Positions 11,264 to 21,619 of a stretch of DNA of 63,100 nt are shown one piece after another; the stretch's first letter is position 1; each line of letters begins with the position of its first letter. The stretch lies in NCBI GenBank assembly GCA_964487115.1, contig CAZAPD010000071.1, positions 1 to 63,100 on the forward strand, written 5' to 3'. The translations under genes were made by a program, and so were the position numbers. This stretch comes from an uncultured Thermococci archaeon (lineage in GTDB: Archaea > Methanobacteriota_B > Thermococci > Thermococcales > Thermococcaceae). The notes under the pieces are model-generated. The model was not told the origin of the DNA. It did no database searches and saw only the letters and a program-made list of their open reading frames with translations.

Positions 11264-12466
11264 ATGAAAATTGGAGTGGCTTTTGGGATTAGTGAGCTTG
11301 CAGATCCAAAAGACTTTGAAAAAAAAGCTTCAAAATTTTTAACTCAACTCGCAGGAGAATTTGAGATTAAAGGGGGTTTAATGGTTTCGAAGAGGGATGA
11401 ATCAAGGCGTGAAGAGCTCGATTTTAGGGATGTCGATGTTATCCTCCTTTATCCACTAACAGGGGGAACAGAGAACACTCTTAAGGGATTCTCCTACTTC
11501 AGAAAACCTGTGATTCTCTATGGGGATCCATCCAATAACTCCTTGGCAGCAGGCATAGAGCTCAGAGAGTACTTTCGAGATAGGCTTATACCTTCAACTC
11601 TGGTTAAAAGCCTTGATGAACTTAAAGCAGCTTTATTGGGTTATGAAGATATGAAAGAAATGCTTGAAAAATTCCTGAATTTAAGACTGGGTTTAATCGG
11701 GAGAATATCCCCATGGCTCATAAATGAAAAATTTGAGCTGCCTTACATTCATATAAGCCTGAAAAAGTTCTACGAGTACTACGAGACAACTACAGAAGCA
11801 GAAGGCTGGAAGGCTGTTGAAGAAATAGTAATGAAAGCAATAGATACAAAAGAACCTAAAAGAACCGATCTGGCAAAGGCAGGAAGGATTTATTTAACAT
11901 TAAAGAAAATCGTTGAGGATTATCATCTCGATGGTTTTACAATTGGATGCTTTGATCTGCTTCAAAAGCTCAAAGCTACTCCATGCTTAGCGCTGGCAAT
12001 CTTCAATGCTCAGGGCATTCCAGCAGCATGTGAGGGGGAATTGAATTCCCTCCTTGGAATGGCAATAATAAAAATTTTCTTCAACAAACCTGTATTCATG
12101 GGCAATATAGCGGATTATGGAGAGAATTACATAATACTGGCTCATTGCACTGCTCCATTAACAACGGGCTATGTTCTGAGATCTCACTTTGAAAGTGGCA
12201 TGGGGGTTGGTGTGGAGGTGAAATTACCAAAGGGAAAAGCATCCATTATAAAAATCAAAGGGAGAAAGGCAGTTATAGCAGGAGTTAAGATTATAGAGAG
12301 AGAAAAGAGCGAAAATAGATGCCGTACACAGATCAGGCTTAGAGTTGAAGATGCCAAGGATTTTATAGATGGAACATTGGGCAACCACCACCTGCTGGTC
12401 TACGCAGACAGCGAGGAGATAGCTGACCTGTTAAGTGAGCTTGGCTTTGAAGTTATGCTATATTAG
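11264..12466 (+). CDS. L-fucose/L-arabinose isomerase-like protein
   Basis: GCFDLL, TPCLA, ACEGE, LAHCT and LGNHHLLVY motifs typical of the FucI/AraA-like family. Confidence 0.65.
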   Translation: MKIGVAFGISELADPKDFEKKASKFLTQLAGEFEIKGGLMVSKRDESRREELDFRDVDVILLYPLTGGTENTLKGFSYFRKPVILYGDPSNNSLAAGIELREYFRDRLIPSTLVKSLDELKAALLGYEDMKEMLEKFLNLRLGLIGRISPWLINEKFELPYIHISLKKFYEYYETTTEAEGWKAVEEIVMKAIDTKEPKRTDLAKAGRIYLTLKKIVEDYHLDGFTIGCFDLLQKLKATPCLALAIFNAQGIPAACEGELNSLLGMAIIKIFFNKPVFMGNIADYGENYIILAHCTAPLTTGYVLRSHFESGMGVGVEVKLPKGKASIIKIKGRKAVIAGVKIIEREKSENRCRTQIRLRVEDAKDFIDGTLGNHHLLVYADSEEIADLLSELGFEVMLY

Positions 12467-12557
12467 GTTGTTTTTGTTAACGATTGTGATTTCTAATTTT
12501 TATAATTAATTCCAGCTCGGCAGTTTTCTCGGTTAAAATTGAAAGTAAAAAGGACGA

Positions 12558-14888
12558 TTATGCTGCTGCTGGGGTGTTGCTTCTTCCTTGGTATATATAA
12601 AGTGCTGCCATCGTCACCAAGCCTGCGGCTATGACGAAGTGGTTTAATGTAGCACCCAAAACTCCGAGAGTGACTAAGACAATCCTAAATACTTTAGGAA
12701 CAGCCTTCTTTAAGTGGCCTGTTATACCGACTGCCATCATGTACATTATGAATATCGTTGCGAGGAGGTAGTAAACGACTTTTATAATCATTTCAGGTGT
12801 CCAGTGTTGTACTGTTATAATAAACATCTCAGGATGGGTGAAATATATGTATGGGCCAACATAACCTGCCAATGCATATTTAACAGCATTTATTGCAGTC
12901 TTCCAGAAATCTCCTCCCGCCAAAGCTGAACCTGCATATGCTGCCAAAGCTACTGGTGGAGTTAAATCTGCCAGTATTCCAAAGTAGAACACAAAGAAAT
13001 GAGCTGCCAGTAGTGCAATTGGTGTTGTATATCCCGGGACTGATACAGTGTATATTGGGTTGTTTTGTACTGCAGTATATACTGCAGGAGCAGCTACTAA
13101 TGATGTTATAACATAATTCGCTGTTGTAGGGACACCCATTCCCAAAATTAAGCTGAATATCATTGCCATGATGAGAAGAAGGAACAGACTGCCTCCAGCT
13201 ATATCAACGAGTTTAAAGCCCAAGCTTGTCACCAAGCCCGTCATTGTTAGCACACCTTGAATCAAGCCGGCGCTGGCAGCGGCTAACATCACTGTAGTAC
13301 TGGTTTTACCGGCATCAATCATTGATTGATAAGTTGCTCTGTACATTGTTTTACCGCTTTCGGTCTGCGATTTATATCCGACTATTAAAGAGAATACGAT
13401 TCCAAAAACACCTGTAAGGAGGAGTATCTCCTCCTTTCGCATGTATAGAAGTTTCCCTAAAGCCACCAAGATTATGAACAGTATGCTGATATAGAATTTT
13501 TCATTAAATTCCACCAAGTTTGTTGTGAACCTCAGAACAACAAGGAGAACACCGATTAATAGTATTATGATGCCAATGGGTTTTGATATTGGGGTTGAAC
13601 CTATCATAGTTTCTCTTCCTGTGAACATTAGCAAGGTTGTTGCTAACATTACAGCAACGTACAGTTTTTCATTTCCAGGAATCTCATCCTTTGATATCCA
13701 TGCTACCCATATGGCAACTCCAAGCGATGAAACAGCTGCAATATGAGGTGCTATTCCCCACACTAAAGCCACTGTGATAACTAAGATTGGCAGGAGAATG
13801 TACAGTTTTCTGAGGAAATATCTAATCGGTTTAAAGTGTTCTCTGGGCATTCCTTTTAGGCCTAAACGTTTTGTTTCAAGATCTATAAATAGATAGACTC
13901 CAGAGTAGTATATCAAAGCAGGCAAAACTGCGGCAATGATAAGCTTGTTATACGGAACTCCAAGGAATTGAGCCATAATAAAAGCTGCGGCACCCATAAC
14001 CGGTGGCATTAACTGGCCACCTGTTGAAGCGACAGGCTCAACCGCACCTGCTATTTCCTTGGGATAACCTGCTTTTTTCATCAGAGGTATCGTAAAAGTT
14101 CCAGTTGTTAGAACGTTAGCAACGGAGCTTCCGCTTACCGTTCCCATCATACCACTTGAGATAACAGCGGCCTTAGCAGGACCTCCGGGGCGTGTTCCAA
14201 AGATTGTTATCATAAACTCAGTTATGTAATCGCTTACTCCAATTTTCAAGAGAAATGCTCCAAAGAATACAAATGCAAAGACATAAATTGTCATGACGTA
14301 GAATGGGATTCCAAAAATGCCCTGGTCCAAATAAAGGTACTGGGCAATTCTTGTCCAATTGTAGCCGGCATCTCGAATTCCATAGATTAAGAACACAGTA
14401 ACAATAGTGGGTAGAATCCATCCGATAGTTCGTCTTGTAGCTTCTAAAACCAATAATATCGCAAGGAATCCAAAGATGACATCAGTTTGATTTACATTAT
14501 AATACACCATATATGTGGGCCATCTCCAGAACTTATAGAGAGCCGCTGCAAGTCCGAGGATTATAAGGATATAGTCTATTATCTGAACTTTCTTCAGGTA
14601 TTTTTCTCGTTTCATGATTGGATATCTTAAGAATGCTATGACAAAAATCATGCCCAAGACAAAGGCCATTACCTGCTGATCTTGGAAATCAAGTTTTAGG
14701 AACTCAAGTTTTATGCCCATTTTTTCGAGCAAGGAATACAGAGAAAACGTAAAGTTGAATATGAAGAGTATTTCAAACAGACCAATGAGGATTGCCGCAG
14801 CTTTCACGATGTTCTCAAGCTTTGAAGGTAGGGTCCTTGTAGTCTCTAGCTTTATCTTTTTTTCTATCTTCTCAAGATTTTCTCCCAT
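12558..14888 (-). CDS. TAXI-type TRAP transporter, fused 4TM/12TM permease
   Basis: GGPAKAAVISSGMMGTVSGSSVAN, STGGQLMPPVMGAAAF, GMGVPTTANY and TPPVALAAY motifs. Confidence 0.93.
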   Translation of the reverse strand: MGENLEKIEKKIKLETTRTLPSKLENIVKAAAILIGLFEILFIFNFTFSLYSLLEKMGIKLEFLKLDFQDQQVMAFVLGMIFVIAFLRYPIMKREKYLKKVQIIDYILIILGLAAALYKFWRWPTYMVYYNVNQTDVIFGFLAILLVLEATRRTIGWILPTIVTVFLIYGIRDAGYNWTRIAQYLYLDQGIFGIPFYVMTIYVFAFVFFGAFLLKIGVSDYITEFMITIFGTRPGGPAKAAVISSGMMGTVSGSSVANVLTTGTFTIPLMKKAGYPKEIAGAVEPVASTGGQLMPPVMGAAAFIMAQFLGVPYNKLIIAAVLPALIYYSGVYLFIDLETKRLGLKGMPREHFKPIRYFLRKLYILLPILVITVALVWGIAPHIAAVSSLGVAIWVAWISKDEIPGNEKLYVAVMLATTLLMFTGRETMIGSTPISKPIGIIILLIGVLLVVLRFTTNLVEFNEKFYISILFIILVALGKLLYMRKEEILLLTGVFGIVFSLIVGYKSQTESGKTMYRATYQSMIDAGKTSTTVMLAAASAGLIQGVLTMTGLVTSLGFKLVDIAGGSLFLLLIMAMIFSLILGMGVPTTANYVITSLVAAPAVYTAVQNNPIYTVSVPGYTTPIALLAAHFFVFYFGILADLTPPVALAAYAGSALAGGDFWKTAINAVKYALAGYVGPYIYFTHPEMFIITVQHWTPEMIIKVVYYLLATIFIMYMMAVGITGHLKKAVPKVFRIVLVTLGVLGATLNHFVIAAGLVTMAALYIYQGRSNTPAAA

Positions 14889-14890
14889 CT

Positions 14891-15346
14891 TTAACACCTC
14901 CTAATTAATGTCAGAATTATCGGATCCCTCTTAACACTAATTTTCATTATACCCTCCTCAGGAGGTTGGACAAATATGATTTTACCATCGATTTTTAGGG
15001 TAACATTATTCACGGGAATAAACCAATATTCCCAGGATTTTCCAAGGTATTTGTTCATATTTTTAACATAAAAATCACCAGATCGATATTGAAAATCTAT
15101 GGGCTGTCCAGCGAGGAACTCCTGCCATTTTTCTTGAATGGCATATATCCCGGTACCATTAATTCGATACACATCCACAACCTTAGTTAATGAAACACTG
15201 TGGGTATAGTCCACTTCCAATGTGTATTCTGATGTGAGGGGAAGATAACACACTCTCCCATTAAATCCTATTCTGAGGGTAGAAATCGGGAATAATATGG
15301 CGAGGAATAGCAGTAATAACAATAAAAAAAGAAAAAATTTCTTCAA
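14891..15346 (-). CDS. DUF1850-like protein associated with TAXI transporters
   Basis: N-terminal hydrophobic anchor, YTHSV motif, position between SBP and permease. Confidence 0.75.
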   Translation of the reverse strand: MKKFFLFLLLLLLFLAILFPISTLRIGFNGRVCYLPLTSEYTLEVDYTHSVSLTKVVDVYRINGTGIYAIQEKWQEFLAGQPIDFQYRSGDFYVKNMNKYLGKSWEYWFIPVNNVTLKIDGKIIFVQPPEEGIMKISVKRDPIILTLIRRC

Positions 15347-15360
15347 AAAATTTCACCCCC

Positions 15361-16401
15361 TCACTCTTTGGGCTTGTACTTGTCCGGCACCGTAATGCCC
15401 TGTTCTTCGTAGTATTTGATAGCCCCTGGGTGGAGGGGTATCATAAGTCCATCAAAGGCGTGGTGTATGTCTATCTGGTGTGCAACTTGATGGGCTTTTG
15501 CAAGCTCATCAATGTTCTCATAGAGAATCTTTGTTATTTCATAAACTACATCATTCGGAACATCCTTGTGGACAATCAGTGTTGACTTAACTGCAACTGT
15601 TTGGGCATCTTCCGTCATTCCGTTATAGGTTCCTTTGGGTATGATAACCTTAACGTAGAATGGATATCCCTCGTCATGGAGTTTTTTAATAACATCGTCT
15701 GGAATTGACAGAATTCTCACCGGAACCTTCACAGCTATCTGGTTAACTGCGGGGGCAGGATATGCAATAACTGTGAATTCCGCATCGACCTGCCCAAGAA
15801 CCAAGCTCTGGGAAGCTTCTTCAAAAGTCTGATAAACTTTGTCTATCTTATCCCAGACGCCAGCTGCTTTCAAGACTCTCTCAGCGGTTGCAGCTGTACC
15901 ACTCCCAGCGGCACCAACGACGACTTTCTTACCGGCTAAGTCTTGGAGGCTCTTAATGTTACTGTCAGCTCTTACAACAATCTGAACTGGCTCTGGGTAT
16001 AGTGTTCCTATAGCTCTCAGAACTTTAATTGGTTTTCCTTCAAACTGGAACTTACCTTCCCAGGCATACCATGTGACATCGTTCTGGGCAATTGCAACTT
16101 GGGCTTCTCCGTTTCCAACAGCCTTACAGTTGGCAACACTTGCACCGCTTGTAACAGCTTTGGCTGCAATATCTTTGCTCTTCTTGTTAATTACCTTTGC
16201 AAGCATTGAACCAATGGCAAAATACACACTACCGGGTCCTGAACCGGTATAAATGGTGATTTCCCATTTTCCTTCACTGTTCTTCTGGACAATTGGCTTG
16301 CTTGTGGTTGTGCCACCACTGGTGCCACCGCTGATACACCCTGCTGCAACTATACCTAACAAAACAACAAATACCAAACCAAGGGCTTTCCACTTTCTCA
16401 T
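15361..16401 (-). CDS. TAXI-family TRAP solute-binding lipoprotein
   Basis: Lipobox AAGC plus a G/T/S linker. TSGASVAN, LYPEPVQIVVR, GSGT and IPLHPGAIKYY motifs. Confidence 0.92.
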   Translation of the reverse strand: MRKWKALGLVFVVLLGIVAAGCISGGTSGGTTTSKPIVQKNSEGKWEITIYTGSGPGSVYFAIGSMLAKVINKKSKDIAAKAVTSGASVANCKAVGNGEAQVAIAQNDVTWYAWEGKFQFEGKPIKVLRAIGTLYPEPVQIVVRADSNIKSLQDLAGKKVVVGAAGSGTAATAERVLKAAGVWDKIDKVYQTFEEASQSLVLGQVDAEFTVIAYPAPAVNQIAVKVPVRILSIPDDVIKKLHDEGYPFYVKVIIPKGTYNGMTEDAQTVAVKSTLIVHKDVPNDVVYEITKILYENIDELAKAHQVAHQIDIHHAFDGLMIPLHPGAIKYYEEQGITVPDKYKPKE

Positions 16402-16550
16402 TTTTATTCACCTCATGTAGGGAGGGGGCAGAACCCCCTTAGAGCATATGCCTCCTAAATATTTGTAAAGTCATCAATTATATATTTTTTGGCCAGTTGG
16501 AAGATTTACAGAGTAGTAAATAATATAAAGTGTGGAAAGGCGAAGATTCT

Positions 16551-18464
16551 TCAGTAATAGTACCAGATGGTCCAGTAGTCATTGATGTCTTCTCCAAGGC
16601 TCTCAAGATATTCAAGATACTCCTTAATCGGAACATCTGGATAAGTATAAAGCTTGGTTTCTCCAATACCTTTCTCCCAAGGATGCATCAAGTATATCCT
16701 GCTCCCATCAGGTCTAATACCCACAAGCTCCCTGTCCTGCCATGCCCTGAGATGATTCTTACCCATTCTGGGCACATTGAAAACGGGTTCATCTGGTCTG
16801 AATTGGCCGGGTAGTAATCTCGCCTCTTCTTTTCTCTCCTGTACAACTCTGGCTATCGGAACAAGATAATCCTTCTGCTCAATTTTGCCTTTTGGATAGA
16901 AGGTATAATATGGATCAATGCCGACTTTCTTCAATGCTATCCTAAGAGCAACGTTTTCAAATCTTCTACTAACGTTCCTCTGGTAAACAAGCTGGTTGTA
17001 AATATAAATGCCCTGTTTTCTTATCTTATATGCGGCTTCGGCCATTTCAGGTGTTACTTCATATGCGCTTTCAACGTGTGTTGAAATTGAAACATTTCTC
17101 TTTCCGGGATCAATGTATGAACCTAATATCTCAGCAAGACTGTCGGTAATTCTCATTGGGACTGTTACAAATATTCTGCTGCCCCATCTAATGTTAACAA
17201 CATGATCCATTTCAGCAAATTTGGCCATGATTTTGTCGATTATCTTATCACTCAGTGCTAATGGGTCACCTCCTGTGATGAGGACATCCATCATTGAATC
17301 GTGCTCGGCAAACCATTCTAATGCTTTTTCAATGGTATCCCATCCCGGGAATGAGCCGGCCATGAATGGCTCAAGGACCTCCCAATTTCTCTGGCAATAA
17401 ACGCATATCTGGGGGCAGGTATCGTAAGCCTTGAGGATTGCAATCGTTACATATCTCCTTGTAACAAGATCTATGGGGGAGGTATCATGTTCTCCCATGA
17501 AATCGAAGTAATATTCTCTATCTTCCTTATGCTGAATCATGTTGCTGACATACCATGTCGGAGGCATTACCTGTCTTCTTACCTGAAGGTCATATTTGTA
17601 TGGCTCTTCGAAATCCCAGAGGTGGAGATAATATGGCGTTATTCCCCATGGAATGTGATACTTAACTGCAATCTCTACCTGCTCTAAATCTTCTTCTGGT
17701 GTTTTCACAATACCAAGCTCATTAAGCTCCCTCAGAGTCTCCAGGCCCTTTTCTCTCTTTAGAACATGTGAGAACTGCCATCTGTAGTCAAACCATTCAT
17801 CTTCAGTTATCCCAAAGTACTCCATGAGCTGCTCTCTCTGTTTCTTTCTTTTTTCGATGATTCCTTTATCAAGACCAGTCGGATAGCGTTTGAGATACCC
17901 CCTAATATAGTCCCACTCTTTGTCGAGATATTCTGAACGCGCAAGTGCGGCTTTTCTTCCTTTGATCTTACTGAAATCAACAAACTTTATACCTGCCGCT
18001 TCTAATTTTGGACCCAGCCATCCTTTTGAATATGCACTCTTACCTGCCATGGCTTTAAATAGATGCCTGAACTCCTCTACAAAGCCTTCAGTGATTATTC
18101 CAAGGACTCTCTTATCCCCTTTTGTAGCCTTCCAGAGATATTCAAGGGTTGAAAATCCTGCAGCGTTTTCTCCGTATTGAGAAATTATGTTAAGGAATAC
18201 TCCAATTGCTTCTATTGCGAGCCATCTATCGATAGGATCAACTTGAATTTCTCCGCTTTTAAATTTCCATTGAAGGTTTTCACTAAAGCTCGCCAGTTTT
18301 TCTCTGGCTTCTTCAAGAGTTTCACTGTTGAGCAGGATTTCTTTGATTTCTGGAAGAGAATCAAATATCTTTAAAAATTCTTCATATCCAACTCCCTGTT
18401 TCAGACCCCAGGGAGATTCTTCAATATTGAAAGTTGAAATAGCACTTTCCATCTGTTTTTCCAT
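16551..18464 (-). CDS. Long KamA-family radical SAM/PLP 2,3-aminomutase, probably acting on glutamate or another acidic amino acid
   Basis: CPQICVYC radical SAM motif, LVTRRY, LITGGDPL, PYYTFYPK and PVFNVPRMGK. About 200-aa N-terminal extension. Confidence 0.85.
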   Translation of the reverse strand: MEKQMESAISTFNIEESPWGLKQGVGYEEFLKIFDSLPEIKEILLNSETLEEAREKLASFSENLQWKFKSGEIQVDPIDRWLAIEAIGVFLNIISQYGENAAGFSTLEYLWKATKGDKRVLGIITEGFVEEFRHLFKAMAGKSAYSKGWLGPKLEAAGIKFVDFSKIKGRKAALARSEYLDKEWDYIRGYLKRYPTGLDKGIIEKRKKQREQLMEYFGITEDEWFDYRWQFSHVLKREKGLETLRELNELGIVKTPEEDLEQVEIAVKYHIPWGITPYYLHLWDFEEPYKYDLQVRRQVMPPTWYVSNMIQHKEDREYYFDFMGEHDTSPIDLVTRRYVTIAILKAYDTCPQICVYCQRNWEVLEPFMAGSFPGWDTIEKALEWFAEHDSMMDVLITGGDPLALSDKIIDKIMAKFAEMDHVVNIRWGSRIFVTVPMRITDSLAEILGSYIDPGKRNVSISTHVESAYEVTPEMAEAAYKIRKQGIYIYNQLVYQRNVSRRFENVALRIALKKVGIDPYYTFYPKGKIEQKDYLVPIARVVQERKEEARLLPGQFRPDEPVFNVPRMGKNHLRAWQDRELVGIRPDGSRIYLMHPWEKGIGETKLYTYPDVPIKEYLEYLESLGEDINDYWTIWYYY

Positions 18465-18476
18465 ATTTACACCTCC

Positions 18477-18542
18477 ATGCCCTTATATGGGCATTGCAAC
18501 CTCTCAGGACATTACTGTACTTCTTCCATCATTGAGGCTGCA
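18477..18542 (-). promoter_or_regulatory. Structured 5' leader with a C/D-type kink-turn and an RBS-adjacent hairpin
   Basis: Minus strand TGCAGCCTC-AAT-GATGGA...TCCTGA-GAGGTTGCA, followed by ATGCCC-ATATAA-GGGCAT abutting RBS GGAGGTG. Confidence 0.6.
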
Positions 18543-18834
18543 TTACACTTTTTAGTGAATAGCAATGGTGTTATATATTTTGCTTTTACATGGAAGTAAA
18601 ACCTTACAAATTTCAAAATTTGATAGAAAAATAGCGAAAAATTTTACATATTCTGCAATTTAATTCGAAACCTTTGCTAAATTAATACTTAACCTATGCA
18701 TCATCACGAAGATTTAACTTTTCAAATATAAACATTAGCTTTATGTTAGACAAATCTAACAACTTAAAAGATTGCCGCATCTAAACACAAGACTTTTTAA
18801 TGGCTTCTGTTCGCATTCTATTCGAGGTGTTAAA

Positions 18835-19653
18835 GTGAAAATCATAATGACCACAAAGGTTGACCTTGCATCCATGAATATAAAGGAGAAACTTGTAGAG
18901 AACTTTGGATTCAGGGAATTTGGAACGTTATTTGACAATAATCCAGTATATTACAAAGATAACATGCTCATACTCACTACCAACGAAGAAATGATATACT
19001 ACGATAACCTTGATGAGAGTATAGGAAAACAACTCGGAGTTAGGCCTGAGATAATTGTGTTTGCCTCACGACATTCCAGCAAACAAAAAATGCCCACACT
19101 AACGACTCATGTAACAGGAAACTGGGGAAAGGCAATGTATGGTGGAAAAGATGAAAATCTTGCAGTAGCACAGCCGAATGCTATGAAGCTTGCTCTGTTG
19201 AAACTTAATGAGCTCAACGATCTTGGATGGACGGTTTGTTATGAAGCGACACATCATGGTCCGAGCGAGCTTGAGGTTCCTTCTCTCTTCATTGAAATAG
19301 GGTCAAGTGAAGAGGAATGGGCAAACACAAGGGCAGGGGACGTAGTAGCTGAGACGATAATTTATGTTCTCAACACATATCAGAAAGTCAGATTTGAGGT
19401 GGCAATAGGGATTGGGGGAGGACATTATGCACCGAAGCAGACAAAAAGGGCACTTGAGGGGGATATAGCATTTTCACATATAGCTCCAAAATATACCCAC
19501 CCTATCTCAAGAACGATGCTTCTAAAAGCAATCGAAAGAACCGATGGAAAAGTTGATGCTGTATATGTTGATTGGAAGGGTAGCAAGGGAGAAACTCGTC
19601 AAATGGCAAAGGCATTTGCCCAAGAACTTGGACTGGAATTCATAAAGGACTAA
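18835..19653 (+). CDS. dtdA: D-aminoacyl-tRNA deacylase (DTD2)
   Basis: SRHSS, THVTGN, EATHHGP, FIEIGS and GGGHY motifs. GTG start after RBS GAGGTG. Confidence 0.93.
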   Translation: MKIIMTTKVDLASMNIKEKLVENFGFREFGTLFDNNPVYYKDNMLILTTNEEMIYYDNLDESIGKQLGVRPEIIVFASRHSSKQKMPTLTTHVTGNWGKAMYGGKDENLAVAQPNAMKLALLKLNELNDLGWTVCYEATHHGPSELEVPSLFIEIGSSEEEWANTRAGDVVAETIIYVLNTYQKVRFEVAIGIGGGHYAPKQTKRALEGDIAFSHIAPKYTHPISRTMLLKAIERTDGKVDAVYVDWKGSKGETRQMAKAFAQELGLEFIKD

Positions 19654-19779
19654 TAATCGAAACGTTTAAAGCTATTGACTTTAAATTCTAAAATTAGCAG
19701 TGTCTCTTTGGCTAAAATTTATATACTATCTGGGTACAAAGTGAAACAGATGTTAAATTGCTCCCCGGAGGGTGAAAAG

Positions 19780-20901
19780 ATGTTGAAGCTAATTGAAAAT
19801 GCGATTGAAAGGACATCTTCAGAAATCAGCAACGCGCCTGAAATACAAGCTCCCCAAACAGACGTTGATGAGGAGCTTAGGAGACTTTTGGAGCAGATAC
19901 AAGCAAAGATTTATGTTGTCGGTGTTGGTGGTGCTGGTTGTAATACTGTAAATAGAATGATGCAGGTAGGCATTCAGGGTGCCAAAATCATAGCTGTTAA
20001 TACCGATGCTCAGGATCTTTTAAAGATTAAGGCTCATAAGAAAATTTTAATTGGTAAAGAACTTACAAGAGGACTTGGAGCTGGAAATGACCCAAAAATG
20101 GGTGAAGAAGCTGCAAAAGAAAGTGAGAGAGATATTAGGGAAGCTCTTGAAGGCGCTGACATGGTGTTCATAACATGTGGTCTTGGTGGCGGAACTGGAA
20201 CCGGTGCAGCTCCAATAGTTGCTGAAATGGCAAAGAAAATGGGAGCGTTGACTGTATCAGTTGTTACGCTTCCTTTCACTGTCGAGGGCATACGGAGGAT
20301 AAAGAACGCTGAATATGGTCTCGAAAGACTCAGAAAGAATAGTGATACCGTCATAGTTATTCCAAATGATAAGCTTATGGAGGTTGCACCTAACCTACCG
20401 ATACACATGGCGTTCAAGGTATCTGATGAAATCCTCGTTCAAGCTGTAAAGGGCATAACAGAGCTTATTACCAAACCGGGACTTGTTAATCTGGACTTCA
20501 ATGATGTCAGGGCAGTCATGAAAGATGGCGGCGTTGCTATGATAGGTATTGGGGAGAGTGACAGTGAAAAGAGAGCTCTGGAGGCAGCACAGCAGGCTCT
20601 GAACAGTCCATTGCTTGATGTCGACATAAGCGGTGCTAAGGGAGCTTTGATAAGCATTGCCGGTTCAGATGTTAAGCTTGAAGAGGCACAGAACATAATC
20701 GAACTCGTAACGAGCAAACTTGATCCAGAGGCACAGGTAATCTGGGGAATTCAGCTTGACGAAGAGCTTGGGAAGATGATAAGGGTCATGATAGTGGTTA
20801 CTGGTGTAAGTTCTCCTTATGCTGTAGTTGAGGAGGAAGTCCCAAGCTTCGGGGAGGAAGGTGAGAGAAGGGTCATTAAGCTTGATCTCGAAGAGCTTTA
20901 G
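19780..20901 (+). CDS. ftsZ: Cell division protein FtsZ
   Basis: [17 protein letters not shown] and NLDFND motifs. Confidence 0.98.
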   Translation: MLKLIENAIERTSSEISNAPEIQAPQTDVDEELRRLLEQIQAKIYVVGVGGAGCNTVNRMMQVGIQGAKIIAVNTDAQDLLKIKAHKKILIGKELTRGLGAGNDPKMGEEAAKESERDIREALEGADMVFITCGLGGGTGTGAAPIVAEMAKKMGALTVSVVTLPFTVEGIRRIKNAEYGLERLRKNSDTVIVIPNDKLMEVAPNLPIHMAFKVSDEILVQAVKGITELITKPGLVNLDFNDVRAVMKDGGVAMIGIGESDSEKRALEAAQQALNSPLLDVDISGAKGALISIAGSDVKLEEAQNIIELVTSKLDPEAQVIWGIQLDEELGKMIRVMIVVTGVSSPYAVVEEEVPSFGEEGERRVIKLDLEEL

Positions 20902-20941
20902 CCTTTTTTAGTAATTTTACAATTTCAGCGGGGTGTTGAAA

Positions 20942-21130
20942 GTGGCAGAGAACTACATAGAAAAACTTAAAAAGTTCCTATCGGAGTCGAAGAGGGTTTT
21001 GATGGTTACAAAAAAACCCAGTGGAAAGGAATATAAGATGGCTGCAAAAATCACTGGGCTTGGAATGCTCCTAATCGGCCTTATTGGCCTGATAACCCGT
21101 ATCATTGGATATCTTGTAACGGGTCAGTGA
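20942..21130 (+). CDS. secE: Protein translocase subunit SecE (Sec61 gamma)
   Basis: [12 protein letters not shown] motif plus one TM helix. ftsZ-secE-spt5 synteny. Confidence 0.92.
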   Translation: MAENYIEKLKKFLSESKRVLMVTKKPSGKEYKMAAKITGLGMLLIGLIGLITRIIGYLVTGQ

Positions 21131-21150
21131 ATTTATACTTGGTGGTTAGG

Positions 21151-21606
21151 ATGGACGGTAAGATCTATACTGTCAGGGTTACAGTTGGGCAGGAAGAAAC
21201 AACTGCAAAGTTGATTTACAGTAAAATTAGAACATATAATCTTCCCGTCTATGCTATCTTGGCACCATCAAAAGTTAAGGGTTACATATTTGTCGAAGCT
21301 CCAAGCAAGAGTGCAGTTGATGAGGCAATAAAAGGAATCAGGCATGCCAAGGGCACACTACCGGGGGAGATTCAGTTCGGGGAAATAGAACACTTCCTTG
21401 AGGAGAAACCAGCGGTGAGCGGGTTTGAGCCCGGAGATATCGTGGAGCTGATAGCCGGCCCGTTCAAAGGCGAGAAGGCCAAGGTCGTTAGGGTTGATGA
21501 AGCAAAGGATGAGATTGTCGTTGAGCTAATTGGAGCTATAGTGCCCATCCCCGTTACTGTCAGGGGTGAATACGTTAGACTTATAAGCAAGAGACAAAAG
21601 GAGTGA
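21151..21606 (+). CDS. spt5: Transcription elongation factor Spt5 (NusG)
   Basis: NGN domain (KGYIFVE) and KOW motif ([13 protein letters not shown]). Confidence 0.96.
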   Translation: MDGKIYTVRVTVGQEETTAKLIYSKIRTYNLPVYAILAPSKVKGYIFVEAPSKSAVDEAIKGIRHAKGTLPGEIQFGEIEHFLEEKPAVSGFEPGDIVELIAGPFKGEKAKVVRVDEAKDEIVVELIGAIVPIPVTVRGEYVRLISKRQKE

Positions 21607-21619
21607 AGGGGTGAGATTA

